DNA of 63,293 nt, filler included, from Octopus bimaculoides (GCF_001194135.2; 5 parts of 4 records of this genome joined end to end with filler, not necessarily neighbours in it), one strand, 5' to 3'. Counted from the whole stretch's first letter, positions 1 through 13,954 are shown. Numbers and translations: made by a program. Notes: a model not told the origin generated them from the sequence alone.

Positions 1-731
1 ATATATATGTGTGTATATCTATGTATATGTATATATATGTGTGTGTGTATATATATATGTGTATATATATGTGTGTATATCTATGTATATGTATATATAT
101 ATGTACATATATATATTTGTGCATACACACACATATTAACGAGTTTATAGCTGATATATTTAATGTTCTTCTGCTCTGTTGTTTTCATTTTTGCGGTTCT
201 TATAGTTACGAATGGCTTCTTTTCTTTCTCTTCCTTCTTTTTCCTTCTCCTCACTACTTCTACTTCTTCATTCTTTCTTTCTTTCTTTCTTTACGTCTGT
301 GTGATCCCTCATCAATTATTTTTTCTTTCGCCATTTTCTCCACACCACATTGACTTTCCTCCATTACGCCTAGTGTTTCTTCTTTGTATAAAAAGGTCAG
401 TAGAAAGTCAATGAACTGTCACCGTGTGATTCATCTCTCGTTCTTTGGTTCTTATCTCCTTTACAAATCTGTTTCGGTCATCCTTTTCCATTTTCTCTTG
501 ACCTACAACGGTTAGAAGCGAAACACAAACATATCATCAGCCATTACATAGAACTTCTCTTTTTAGACAAGTCGATCTCTCGCCTGTTTTATTTATTCTC
601 TTACATTGTCTAAGGTCAGAGCAAATTAATGCCGTCAGATACACTGACCACCCCATCATATGGAAAAAAAAATATTATATGCATATATAATGTGTTCATA
701 CATATTCAGATACACGCTCCACACACACACA

Positions 732-801
<70 letters not shown>

Positions 802-2426
802 NNNNNNNNNNNNNNNNNNNNNNNNNNNNNNNNNNNNNNNNNNNNNNNNNNNNNNNNNNNNNNNNNNNNNNNNNNNNNNNNNNNNNNNNNNNNNNNNNNN
901 NNNNNNNNNNNNNNNNNNNNNNNNNNNNNNNNNNNNNNNNNNNNNNNNNNNNNNNNNNNNNNNNNNNNNNNNNNNNNNNNNNNNNNNNNNNNNNNNTATA
1001 TATGCACATACATATGTATGTGTATGATCACACATAAGGGTGTGTATACATGAATTATTGCATTTATATGCTTATTTTATATTATCTCCTAATAAAGTCC
1101 CTTTACATCTGAAGATGATATATTTTCTCAGCTTTTATAACTTATTCAGTGCATCAAAGAGAAATCAGCAACATAATGCCAGCCTCAATCTCACCTACGA
1201 CTCTCTCTTGTCAACGATAAAGCCCCATCACCACAGCCGCTAACGGTTCCACAATAACATTCTCCTCCGCTCTTCACCAGTTCAACATTAACAGTCACGC
1301 TATTGGTGCTAGATATGTCACCTTTGTCCGCATTTAATACTGCGATAAATGCCTATACAAAATTGCGTAAACTTTATTTCTATGTAAATGGCATATCATC
1401 TATAATGGAATCATTTTGAAAACACCTTCAGCTATTTACCTAAACTTTAGAACAGTGCCAGTTTGCAACTATGGAAAAACCACCTCTGAAGCTTATCAGT
1501 AAAACTATTAAGATACCGAAGCAATGGAAAATTTTGCGTTTAATAATTAATATTTTTACTGAAACACACCAGATGAAGTATTATCTCAAACAGGTAGTTG
1601 GAATATTAAACTGACGAAAATATCATTAAAAAAGCATTAAATAAAATACTGAATACATTAATATCGCCTAAAGGAGGTGGTGGTTAATGGAAATAGAAGG
1701 AGTAGCAGTAGTAGAATTATGCATTATTCAGAACAACAACAACAACAACAAAAAAATGAAAAGAAAAAATAATCATATCATAAAAGAAAGCAATAGAACA
1801 TCACGTCTCGCTGCTGTTTGCATATTGAAAATATTATAAACTATAGACATTTAGATATCTCTTTTACTGAGGTAAACTTCTTTAACCAATTCTATTGTCG
1901 TGAAGATTATCTCTACTATTAAGATAGCACTACCTCGAGAATGGTTGGAGGTTATTCTGTGTTCTATAAAATATAACAAAAGCATGTGTTATTCACAGGC
2001 AAGCCATTTAATAAATGATAAACGCAACAGTTGAAATATAAATCATGTTAATGACCCTAAGGTTGCTGAGGAGGACAGATGAATTGTATGATATTTGCTT
2101 AGTAATTAAATAGCAGTTGAACAATACTATCGCTTTATATTCAATATAGACACAAAGACATTTTTAAAATATGCGCTGCTTTAAAACTTCTTTAAACATA
2201 AATAGACTGGGAGGTGAGGTAGTGTTAATAGCGGGGTAATGTGATCGCTAAAACAAATAAAGAATGGAGAATGATGCCGAACAGATCTGAGTTCGATTCT
2301 GCTGTAAACAGCTAATGATTTTAAAATCCGCCCTTCTGATATAGCGTGAATATTGATGTTCATTTAAAATGCTTTTAACTCTTTTTTTTTTTTAATTGTT
2401 TTAGTCATTAAGTTGCGATCGATAAT

Positions 2427-3208
2427 GCGGTGAGCTGGCAGAAGCGTTAGCACGCCGGGCGAAATTCTTAGCGGTATTTCGCCTGTCTTTACGTTCTTAG
2501 TTCAAATTCCGCCGAGGTCGAATTTGACTTTCATCCTTTAGGGGTCAATAACTTAAGTACCAGTTATGCACTGGGGTCGATGAAATCGACTTAATCTCCT
2601 TGTCTGTCCTTGTTTGTCCCCTCTATGTTTAGCCCTGGTGGGTAATAAAACATAAGAAACGTTAGCACGCCGGGCGAAATGTTTAGCGGGGTCGATAGAT
2701 TAAGTACCAGTCGAGGTAACCGACTTAATCCCTTTGTCTGTCCTTGTTTGTCCCCTGTATGTTTAGCCCTTGTGGGCAATAAAGAAATACGAAACGTTAG
2801 CACGCCGGGCGAAATGCTTAGCGGTATTTCGTCTGCTTTTACGTTTTAAGTTCATATTCCGCAGAGGTCGATTTGCCTTTCATCCTTTCGGGGTCGATTA
2901 ATTAAGTATCAGTAGCGCACTTGTGTCGATGTGATCGACTTAATCCGTTTGTCTGTCTGTGTTTGTCCCCCTCTATGTTTAGCCCCCTTGTGTGCAATAA
3001 AGAAATAAGAAACGTTAGCACGCCGGGCGAAATGCTTAGCGGTATATCGTCTGTCATTACGTTCTGAGCTCAAATTCCGCCGAGGTCGACTTTGTCTTTT
3101 ATCCTTTCGGGGTCAATAAATTAAGTACCAGTTGCGTACTAGGGTCGATCTAATCAACTGGACACCTCCCCAAAACCTCAGGTCTGGTGCCTAGAATAGA
3201 AAAGATTA
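2427..3208 (+). mobile_element. Head-to-tail array of four tRNA-derived SINE family A units
   Basis: Repeated unit gaaacgttagcacgccgggcgaaatgcttagcggtatttcgtctg...gagttcaaattccgccgaggtcgac... restarts at 2656, 2791 and 3009. A-box-like TGGCAGAAGCGTTAG and B-box-like GTTCAAATTCC motifs; unit 2 is internally deleted. Confidence 0.9.
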
Positions 3209-4149
3209 TGTTGCGGTGATAATGGGGCACCGTTTTGAGATGTTTAATCGAAATAATCAACCCTAGTTGTTATTTTATGGCTGACTCTTATTACGGCACC
3301 GACTTTTGCCCCCAAAATTATACCACAGAACGGAAACTTAAAAAAAAAAATGTTATGAACTTTTAATAAATTAGTTTGGAATGTCTCAAAAAATATATTT
3401 AACGTTATCTGTAACGTTAGCTTCATCAACAAAATCCCACAGGCAAGAATAAATCTACATGGCAGTGCTGTAGCGTGGCCGCAGTCTGATACCTGAAGCA
3501 AGTAAATGAATAGAAGAATAAAACTGTAAACCATAACAAGTACTAAAACAAAAGTGTGATGCAACTTTACCTTCTCAGAAAACGCCAAACACGCACACAG
3601 TAGTAAAATAGTCGAGGAAGAGCTTCTAAATATTTATAGTAAAGCTACGCACATGCATTAGGTGCAAGAAATTCGGAAGTCTTCTTACGATGAGAGCTAT
3701 AAAATTGGGACAAACAAAATGGTAAAATATTCAACGTTTGTGCTATCAGTTTATGATTCAATACCTTCTACATATATATTAATACACCCTTCTTTACAAA
3801 AATGCTAACTGGTGCTTTTCGTTACATCGCAACGAAGCATGAGAAAAGTTTGAAGGGCTGAGTTGTGTAACACATCGAACAAACCCAGGGAGAGAGTTCC
3901 AGCGCATCTGTGGTCAGTTAACGCTATCTTACACTATATGTTGTGAAATTAAATTTCGCTCTGATATTAGATATTGTTCCATCAATATTGTTTATTTCAC
4001 AATTTATTTGAGATTTTCAATGCGTCTACTGTTTAACGCTCTCACCCTCGTCATGCTTCCTACCTCCTGTCTAGCCATATTGTAAACCGCACTCTCTTTA
4101 AATTTCAGTTAATTTTAATGCACCACTTGGAACTATTATGGCCAATAAA

Positions 4150-4320
4150 GAAATGAAGACGTTCATGGTGATTGCGATGAAAATGATGACGATAATGATG
4201 ATGGTGATGGTGATGGTGACGATGTTGTTGATGAGGAGAAAGAGGAGGTGGTGGAGATGGAGGATAATGATGATCATGGATGATGGTGACGGTGCCCATC
4301 ACCATCACTCTCATCACTCG

Positions 4321-4367
<47 letters not shown>

Positions 4368-4601
4368 CCATCATCACGATCATCAACATCATGGAATTCA
4401 TCGTAACCGTTATTGTCACCACCCTCCACCACCACCACCTCCTGTTCCCCTTCATCATCATCATCATCATCATCATCATTATCATCATCATCACCACCGT
4501 TGCCGTCGTCACCGTCATTGTCATCATCGTCCGCCACCACCTCCACTTCCTCTTCCTCTTCATCTTCATCATCATCATCATCATCATCGTCGTCGTCGTC
4601 G

Positions 4602-4632
<31 letters not shown>

Positions 4633-4780
4633 TCTCGTCGTCGTCGTTGTCGTCGTCATCATCATCATCATCATCGTCATCATCATCATCATCATCACCG
4701 TTGTTGTCGTCATCCTCCGCCAGCACCTCCCTTTCATCTTCATCATCATCATCATCATCATCTTCATCATCGACGCCGTT
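4150..4780. repeat. Compound (GAT)/(CAT)/(CGT)n trinucleotide microsatellite
   Basis: Direct inspection; source of the poly-M/H/D/S ORFs. Confidence 0.97.
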
Positions 4781-6040
4781 GTCGTTTACTAATTCATTAT
4801 TTTGTTATTATCAGAGACAGCTTCATTGTCTTTAATTATTAAACTCATAGCCTTAACTAATTTCACTCTCAACTTTTGGCAATAATTCATAAAAGTAATA
4901 AAATAATACTTTCTTAGACATGTCATGTGAGTTCTAATTACTATTTATGATTTGCTAATGTCTTTAATCAGATTAATGTATGTCAAAAAGCTTTTAATTT
5001 CTCGTGAAACATGGTAAACTAACGTCACACAATGGTCTCCTCTCCGTCGCATTCCCCGACACCCTCACTACGATGTACATATATACATACATGCATACAT
5101 GTATGTATTATAATGTATATGCATATATATATATATATANNNNNNNNNNNNNNNNNNNNNNNNNNNNNNNNNNNNNNNNNNNNNNNNNNNNNNNNNNNNN
5201 NNNNNNNNNNNNNNNNNNNNNNNNNNNNNNNNNNNNNNNNNNNNNNNNNNNNNNNNNNNNNNNNNNNNNNNNNNNNNNNNNNNNNNNNNNNNNNNNNNNN
5301 NNNNNNNNNNNNNNNNNNNNNNNNNNNNNNNNNNNNNNNNNNNNNNNNNNNNNNNNNNNNNNNNNNNNNNNNNNNNNNNNNNNNNNNNNNNNNNNNNNNN
5401 NNNNNNNNNNNNNNNNNNNNNNNNNNNNNNNNNNNNNNNNNNNNNNNNNNNNNNNNNNNNNNNNNNNNNNNNNNNNNNNNNNNNNNNNNNNNNNNNNNNN
5501 NNNNNNNNNNNNNNNNNNNNNNNNNNNNNNNNNNNNNNNNNNNNNNNNNNNNNNNNNNNNNNNNNNNNNNNNNNNNNNNNNNNNNNNNNNNNNNNNNNNN
5601 NNNNNNNNNNNNNNNNNNNNNNNNNNNNNNNNNNNNNNNNNNNNNNNNNNNNNNNNNNNNNNNNNNNNNNNNNNNNNNNNNNNNNNNNNNNNNNNNNNNN
5701 NNNNNNNNNNNNNNNNNNNNNNNNNNNNNNNNNNNNNNNNNNNNNNNNNNNNNNNNNNNNNNNNNNNNNNNNNNNNNNNNNNNNNNNNNNNNNNNNNNNN
5801 NNNNNNNNNNNNNNNNNNNNNNNNNNNNNNNNNNNNNNNNNNNNNNNNNNNNNNNNNNNNNNNNNNNNNNNNNNNNNNNNNNNNNNNNNNNNNNNNNNNN
5901 NNNNNNNNNNNNNNNNNNNNNNNNNNNNNNNNNNNNNNNNNNNNNNNNNNNNNNNNNNNNNNNNNNNNNNNNNNNNNNNNNNNNNNNNNNNNNNNNNNNN
6001 NNNNNNNNNNNNNNNNNNNNNNNNNNNNNNNNNNNNNNNN

Positions 6041-6100
<60 letters not shown>
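6041..6100. repeat. (GATA)n microsatellite
   Basis: Direct inspection; another at about 26745-26790. Confidence 0.95.
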
Positions 6101-6428
6101 CTGAACAGATACAATTGAGACGAGCAGGAGGGAAGCTAGTGTCTCATGGTTAAACATAGAGAGAGAAGGAAAGAGAAAGAAGGAACAAAGTGATAAGGAT
6201 TAACTATAGGTCAGACAGATGGAGATGAAAATATTCATTATTTTATGGATTACTATGTTATCATCAGTTGCTCGTAGGCAAGGTGCCATTGAATAATGCT
6301 TGTTTTAGTTCTTTTCGATACCTGTGTGTTACTGTGTCTCTGTGTTACTGTTCCACACAGAATAGGCATCAACGCAAAAACTTAGTATTACTCTTGCAAA
6401 CCCATAACGGTACATACACACACACACA

Positions 6429-6470
<42 letters not shown>

Positions 6471-6927
6471 CTCATACATATATATATATATATTATTTAT
6501 ATATATGTATGTATGTATGTATATATATATATNNNNNNNNNNNNNNNNNNNNNNNNNNNNNNNNNNNNNNNNNNNNNNNNNNNNNNNNNNNNNNNNNNNN
6601 NNNNNNNNNNNNNNNNNNNNNNNNNNNNNNNNNNNNNNNNNNNNNNNNNNNNNNNNNNNNNNNNNNNNNNNNNNNNNNNNNNNNNNNNNNNNNNNNNNNN
6701 NNNNNNNNNNNNNNNNNNNNNNNNNNNNNNNNNNNNNNNNNNNNNNNNNNNNNNNNNNNNNNNNNNNNNNNNNNNNNNNNNNNNNNNTATATACGTTCAT
6801 ATATATATATATAGTTCAAGTGTGCGTTGTGTGTCTCCGCGCGTTTTTTTACGTGTATACACAGAATTGTAGTTGTGTATATGTATATATGTATATGTAT
6901 GTATGTATGCTTGTGTATGCATACCTG

Positions 6928-6962
<35 letters not shown>

Positions 6963-7810
6963 ATATATATATGAGTTTCTGTGTGTATGTACATACATGC
7001 ATCTACGTAATACATATTTAATAAGAGTGTAATTTGCATGTGATATGTCCTCTCTCACTCTCTCAGTCAATCTTTCTTGTCTTCTTTGTCTTTCTCTCTC
7101 TGTCTCTCTCGCTATCTATCTATATAGCTATCTATATAACTATTTATCTATGTATCATTCTTTTCTCCATTCTCTTTCTTACTGAGACAAAAATTAACGA
7201 GTTTCTTGTATAATGAAAACGGCACACCTGTTTGCAAGTGATGCTGTCTTTTAATAAAAAATTCTATTTAATCCGTATACCGAAATATATTCATATATCG
7301 TATAAATATGTAGACATATGTATTTAAGCGCGTAGACATATTTAGACATACTCATAACTCCCCTCCCTATACACGCACATTCTTTTGTCTATCAGTTGCT
7401 GTAATCACTATGTGCACGCAAGAGTGTATGGTTTCTCCATGTGCTTGCACGAACATGTAGATATTTCGATATATAAATGCATACACACATTATGAATACA
7501 TACATGTGCGTGAGTATGTGTGTCTGTTTGTATGTGTGTGACTGCTTGCTTTTGTGTGTGTGTGTGTGTGTGTGTCTGAAAATGAATACTCATAAGCATA
7601 GAAATATGTATAGATACACACTTACATATATATGTAGATATGTATGTATACATAAATANNNNNNNNNNNNNNNNNNNNNNNNNNNNNNNNNNNNNNNNNN
7701 NNNNNNNNNNNNNNNNNNNNNNNNNNNNNNNNNNNNNNNNNNNNNNNNNNNNNNNNNNNNNNNNNNNNNNNNNNNNNNNNNNNNNNNNNNNNNNNNNNNN
7801 NNNNNNNNNN

Positions 7811-7842
<32 letters not shown>

Positions 7843-8365
7843 TATATACATATGTGTGTGCGTGCACGCGTGTGTGTTTGTATGTATGTATACGTATATG
7901 TCTGTGTATAGATATAGAATCTTTCTAACTTATAAAAGAACTTCTTATCTACATTTGTATATTCAATAAGATAAATTTGAAACAGAATTTAATGATATCC
8001 TTATCAATGCCTTTAAATATAGATTATATTTATCCAAATAACAAAGGTTATCTCCTTTTTATGCTGTGTTAACAGGACTAAAGATAAATTTCTTTCTGCT
8101 TTACATTGTGTTCTAATGTTAACACACGTAATACCCGTATCATTTCCTTGTTCCTTATAGTAAAGTCCGTACTAAATCTTATACGATGAGTTATACACTA
8201 TATGAAGAAGTTGCTGTATTCGTGGCACTATGCCATTAGAGCTGGTCTCCACGTTTAGTCTAAGTTCTGCCTCATTATTATTATTACGTTCTCCATTATT
8301 ATATACACATACGTTCATTTTCTACATATATCATTAGAGTTACATATTCGGCCTTCCTTAAGACC

Positions 8366-8563
8366 GCGAGCTGGCAGAAAGGTTAGCATGCCGGGCGAAA
8401 TGCTCAGCGGTATTTCGTCTCTCTTTACGTTCTGAGTTCAAATTCCGCCGAGGTCGACTTTCGGGGTCGATAAATTAAGTACCATTTACGTACTGGGTTT
8501 GATTTAATCGTCTAGCCTCCTTACCTAAAATTTCGGGCCATGTGCCTAGAGTAGAAAAGAATA
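8366..8563 (+). mobile_element. SINE family A monomer (ending-2 tail)
   Basis: gcgagctggcagaaaggttagcatgccgggcg...gagttcaaattccgccgagg...gtgcctagagtagaaaagaatatt, co-linear with 2427-3208. Confidence 0.9.
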
Positions 8564-9319
8564 TTCGGTCTTTTTATTAATAAAATCGTTTAAGGGTTTT
8601 GGATTGGTTTCAGCAGTGGTTTTGAATCTTTTTTATATTCAGATCAGACCCAAAACTTGGATTTTTTTAGGGTGCCGCACCAAAAATATTAAACAAAAAA
8701 GATCTATTGNNNNNNNNNNNNNNNNNNNNNNNNNNNNNNNNNNNNNNNNNNNNNNNNNNNNNNNNNNNNNNNNNNNNNNNNNNNNNNNNNNNNNNNNNNN
8801 NNNNNNNNNNNNNNNNNNNNNNNNNNNNNNNNNNNNNNNNNNNNNNNNNNNNNNNNNNNNNNNNNNNNNNNNNNNNNNNNNNNNNNNNNNNNNNNNNNNN
8901 NNNNNNNNNNNNNNNNNNNNNNNNNNNNNNNNNNNNNNNNNNNNNNNNNNNNNNNNNNNNNNNNNNNNNNNNNNNNNNNNNNNNNNNNNNNNNNNNNNNN
9001 NNNNNNNNNNNNNNNNNNNNNNNNNNNNNNNNNNNNNNNNNNNNNNNNNNNNNNNNNNNNNNNNNNNNNNNNNNNNNNNNNNNNNNNNNNNNNNNNNNNN
9101 NNNNNNNNNNNNNNNNNNNNNNNNNNNNNNNNNNNNNNNNNNNNNNNNNNNNNNNNNNNNNNNNNNNNNNNNNNNNNNNNNNNNNNNNNNNNNNNNNNNN
9201 NNNNNNNNNNNNNNNNNNNNNNNNNNNNNNNNNNNNNNNNNNNNNNNNNNNNNNNNNNNNNNNNNNNNNNNNNNNNNNNNNNTTTGTACTGTCTTTATGA
9301 TTTGTGATGTCTTAAAAAT

Positions 9320-9545
9320 TCTTTGTATAGCCCTTTATGGGTAATAAAGAAATCGGTATTTCGTCTGCCGTTACGTTCTGAGTTTAAATTCCGCCGAGGT
9401 CAACTTTGCCTTTCATCCTTTATCGATTTAATCCCTTTGTCTGTCCTTGTGTGTCCCCTCTATGTGTAACCCCTTGTGGGCAATAAAGAAATAAGAAACG
9501 TTAGCAACCCAGGCCAAATATTTATTTCGTCTGTCTTTATGTTCA
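9320..9545 (+). mobile_element. SINE family A partial multimer
   Basis: Ending-1 module followed by SINE body; junction caataaagaaataagaaacgttagc at about 9481-9505. Confidence 0.85.
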
Positions 9546-9954
9546 ATACATCACATGTCTGTCCAACTTTCGGGGCGTAATTCGGCTTGCCATTTCTTTC
9601 TCCAGCAGTAATCTCTCAGTAAATCCTTCGTTCTCAAGACGCCAGGTTCTTGAAATTCACTTGCTGCCAAAGTTTACCTGAATGTATTTGACTCTCACTT
9701 GGTCGACGTAAATATTTGGAGCATCAATTTGGTCATTAGCGGAGAAGTTGTAATGATCGCATTCGCCATCACCTCACCTCCATCAAACTAAAAGCATTTC
9801 AACAAAAACAATATTTTATAATTTTATTGATGGATATTAATTGTGCTTTTCTTTTTGTGAGTGTTTTAGAATAGATGCAACACTGTAATGCAATGCATGG
9901 CAACATGTGAATATGAAGAATATGATGTGACAAGCTGTCTTCCGGCTATAAAAT

Positions 9955-10383
9955 ATTCTTTTCTACTCTATGCACAAGACCCGAAATTTTTAGGAAGGAG
10001 CCAGTCTATTAGATAGGCGCCAGCACGTAACTGGTACTTAATTCATTGACCCCGAATGCATGAAGGGCAAAGTCGACTTCGGCGGTATTTGAACTCAGAA
10101 TATAAAGACAGACGAAATACCGCTAAGCATTTTGCCCGGCATGTTACAGTTTCTTATTTCTTTAATGCCCACAAGGGGCTAAACATAGAGGGGACAAACA
10201 AGGACAGACAAAGGGATTAAGTCAATTACATCGACAACAGTGCATAACTAGTTCTTAATTTATCGACCCCGAAAGGATGAAAGCAAAGTCGACCTCGGCG
10301 GAATTTGAACTCAGAACGTAAAGGCAGACGAAATACAGCTAAGCATTTTGCCCGACGTGTTAACGTTTCTGCCAACTCGTCGC
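9955..10383 (-). mobile_element. SINE family A dimer
   Basis: Two reverse-complement units (tttgaactcagaa...gacgaaataccgctaagcattt) joined through tttcttatttctttaatgcccac. Confidence 0.9.
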
Positions 10384-10669
10384 NNNNNNNNNNNNNNNNN
10401 NNNNNNNNNNNNNNNNNNNNNNNNNNNNNNNNNNNNNNNNNNNNNNNNNNNNNNNNNNNNNNNNNNNNNNNNNNNNNNNNNNNNNNNNNNNNNNNNNNNN
10501 NNNNNNNNNNNNNNNNNNNNNNNNNNNNNNNNNNNNNNNNNNNNNNNNNNNNNNNNNNNNNNNNNNNNNNNNNNNNNNNNNNNNNNNNNNNNNNNNNNNN
10601 NNNNNNNNNNNNNNNNNNNNNNNNNNNNNNNNNNNNNNNNNNNNNNNNNNNNNNNNNNNNNNNNNNNNN

Positions 10670-10768
10670 GGTGGTGGTGGTGGTGGTGGTAGTGGTGGTG
10701 GTGGTTGTTGATGTTGATAATGATGATGACGATGATGGCGACGACGACTATAAGGATGGTGATGATGA

Positions 10769-10804
<36 letters not shown>

Positions 10805-10942
10805 TGATGATGATGATGCTGATGAAGTGGTGTCGGTGTTGGTGATGATGATGGTGATGGCAGTAGCAATGATGCTGATATTGAATTTCAACACTGCTGC
10901 TGATGTTGATGATGACGATAATGGCGATGATGACGATGATTA
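10670..10942. repeat. Compound (GGT)/(GAT)/(GAC)n microsatellite
   Basis: Direct inspection. Confidence 0.95.
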
Positions 10943-12155
10943 GAGCCGGTATAATACGGCACAAAACTTTTTGTGTAATACAACTTTCTGCGCTTTGAGT
11001 TCATTTACTCTAGATCTCGTTGTTGTTTTCTATACATCATGGGGTCTATAAAATAAAGTACCAGATTTCCTCGACTAATCCCCACTTCACCTCAAAAGTT
11101 TCTTTGTCATGTTCGCAATCTTAAAATCAATATTCCAAATTTAATTATAGATACCAGTTCTTTGCTGAAGCCAGGTTCATATTGTCCAGTGTCATATTCT
11201 TGGCAGTAAAATATTTCTAGTGTAAAATAATTTTATGTGTGTTTTGTTGTTATTATCTTGAAACAAGAGGAAGATACTGCGGGTGCGAGGTGTCAGCAGG
11301 CTCACCTCATATCAACTCGCCATATTCAAATTCATCAGTATAAAGCTCTTTAGAAATATAATCATAAACGAAAAACAAAAACCGAAGAAAAACAATCTAA
11401 ACAAAAACAAGTAAAAGATATTTTCCGTTCTTCTAATTCCTTCCCTGAGATAACAAGCCCTCAATGTGTAGAATAATCTGCTAGCCGGGGTAAATCACAA
11501 CATCAATCAAGTTTAAAAAGTAGTTAGATATATTTCACATTTTACTAAACAAGAACAATAATCTTCATCTTTTGGAATGGAAATCACTTAGATTAGCACC
11601 ATGAAACACCGCCTTACTATGTCCAGATAACCTTTCTAAGAAATAACGCAAACCAACCTAACAGAGGAACTACAATATTAAAAATCGACCATTTTTTCTT
11701 CGTAATCTTCGGGAATTTTCCTTTTGTTCTGTCATATTTCATTCCACTGATCTTTTGTTCTTCATTCTCTTTTGCGATTAATTTTCGTGCTTGTTTCTTT
11801 ATAGTTTATCTCAAACATTCCAACCTTGTCTGAAAAGAACTTTTCTTGTACATCCCACCCCACACACACCCCCTCGCAAAGTAAGTTTCTTATCACTGAG
11901 ATCTTAACAATGCTCTTAGAAGGCTCCTCATTTGCACTTATATATATATATATATATATGTACATATATATACACACATATATATATATATATGGATATA
12001 CATATTATGTTTATATATACTTATATATATATATATATATATATTCATACACATATTTATGTTTATGTATATTTATATATATATTCATACACGTACTTAG
12101 GTTTATATATACTTATATATATATATGCATATACATACTAATGTTTATATATATA

Positions 12156-12255
12156 NNNNNNNNNNNNNNNNNNNNNNNNNNNNNNNNNNNNNNNNNNNNT
12201 TAATTAATTAANNNNNNNNNNNNNNNNNNNNNNNNNNNNNNNNNNNNNNNNNNNN
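12156..12255. other. Artificial scaffold join: 44 N + TTAATTAATTAA + 44 N
   Basis: Identical 100-bp construct at 21755-21854, 38099-38198 and 50822-50921; the 12-mer gives stops in all six frames. Confidence 0.95.
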
Positions 12256-12298
<43 letters not shown>

Positions 12299-12303
12299 TT
12301 TGT

Positions 12304-13735
12304 ATGTTTACACGCGCCAACCTTTTTGCCAACACATTGGCCAAAATCTTTGACTCTGTGTCTAGCAGAGTTATGGACCGAAATTTACTTGTGATATCCA
12401 CCTTGCTCGAGTCCTTTCTGATCAACGTCACCACCTACCGGCTCGCAGATTTGGGAATTCTCCCATTTTGCTACCAGTTGGCGTAGACGTTGGCCAGCTT
12501 GTGTCCGAACAAGTCTGGCATATTTTTGTAAAACTCATAGGCTAGACCATAAAGACCCGGCGACTTGTCCCTTGGGCACTTGGATAGCGCCTCTATCACC
12601 TCCGCAGATGTGATCGGCCCCTCACAGCACCCAGCCTCTCGTACCGAGAGACGCAGGCCACTAGCCAGGACGTACCGTAGGGTCTCACCATGGTCTAGCG
12701 TCCCGCTCCTCCCGAACAACTCAGCGGAGTGCTTGTAAAGTTCCTCACACATCTTATCCTATCCTTTGGCCAAACGTCCATTTTCGTCAATCAAAGACCT
12801 GATTATGGCATCGTCGCCATGCTGGGTCTCTACCGTACGGGCCGACCCGGGAACTTTCATTCCCTCGCTGCCCAATGCACGTACTTTAGCCCGAACTTTG
12901 CATCCCTCACGTTTGACTTAGAGGTGACGGTGCAAGGCCGTTCTCGCTATCAAAATTTGGGATGCAGAGCCCAATTCACCAAGAAGTATTCACTACCATA
13001 CTTTCGATATCTTCTGAGGCAACCTGTACCCCCATGTCCAAGCTTTGCCCTTGCCAGTTCCTATGGAATGTTCTGGTGGCCTTGAGGATCACCACCTCCG
13101 CCATCCCCGGCAGTATGGCAGCTACCGGCCAAGCTACATCTACTTCTGGGGATATGTCTTCTACTGTAACCCTGGAAGCACGTCTCCCAAGGTGTACGGG
13201 TAGAAGCACCACTTCATCAGTTCTCAACGGTGTTGCTGAGTGCAGCCTGGCAGTAGCTATCTCTTAAAATCGTACCTCCACTGTCCTAAATTTTATTTCT
13301 CTGGTAAGGTAGAAAATTCCTTGCCAAATTGGTTTAAGTGCTCTTTCCACATGAGCCGTCATCATGATTTCAGTCTTCCTGGCTGCTACCAAGTACGTTC
13401 TGTAAAATATTGTTTTCTCATCTTTAGCACTTCTTTGAGGGGAGGGCATCTTCACATCGTTCCTCTCCCTTTTAATCATTTCGTTGAATTTACTTATATC
13501 ATCCACGTCTTTGCTTCTTTCTTTCGTCGCCTCTAGATAATTTTTCGTCTCCATTACTTCATCAGTCCTCCTCAAACATTCGACCATTTCTTCCTCAGAT
13601 GACACAAAGTCTGAAGAAGGATAATTCAAATTTTCGCAAATCCTCGCCCGACGCCATTCCATTAAACAAGAGGGGAAACGTCGCACCGCCAAAAAAACAA
13701 CAACAAAAAAAACATTTCGACCGATAAACGATATA
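12304..13735 (-). mobile_element. L1/Tx1-clade LINE remnant: ORF1 part plus ORF2 linker and RT start, endonuclease absent
   Basis: Minus-strand translations GPITSAEVIEALSKCPRDKSPGLYGLAYEFYK and VTLIRKD...FRSITLLDTESKILANVLAKRL (L1/Tx1 RT N-terminus), linker EGCKVRAKVRALGSEG, and ORF1-like frames at 12976-13773; stops and frameshifts. Confidence 0.85.
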
Positions 13736-13954
13736 CCGGAAGCAAGCTTCTTACCACACAGCCACTCCTGCACCTGTATATTTTATCACTTCGCTTAGAC
13801 ATTTCGACTCTAATAACCTGGTGCAGAACTCAATATACATATGCTTTAGAACGAAGCGTCACTTGTGTACAGAACGCTAATAAGAAGATAAGATAATAAA
13901 GGAATAAATGATTATCTTATGAACTTCATTAGCTTACAGCTGTTTCTGCTATAG

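Noticed and set aside
2427-3208. CRISPR-like regular repeats (also 36037-36244, 25484-25739)
   Set aside because: Eukaryotic context, no unique spacers and no cas genes; explained as SINE or MITE tandem repeats.
4105-4842. Long poly-Met/His/Asp/Ser ORFs (also 10305-10964, 15726-16314, 38470-38712)
   Set aside because: Translations of trinucleotide microsatellites open in several frames, with no domain content.
5004-6157. 300-430 aa ORFs spanning N runs (also 23878-24928, 25628-26913, 54368-55694, 57177-58380)
   Set aside because: Open only because N codons are not stops.
11285-11350. Possible minus-strand micro-exon (ELYTDEFEYGELI) with AG/GTGAG boundaries
   Set aside because: In-frame stop before the donor, and no neighbouring exons or homology recognised.
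12200-12211. TTAATTAATTAA palindrome recurring four times (12200, 21799, 38143, 50866)
   Set aside because: Always centred in exactly 44+44 N. It is an assembly linker with six-frame stops, not biology; adjacency across these joins is unreliable.
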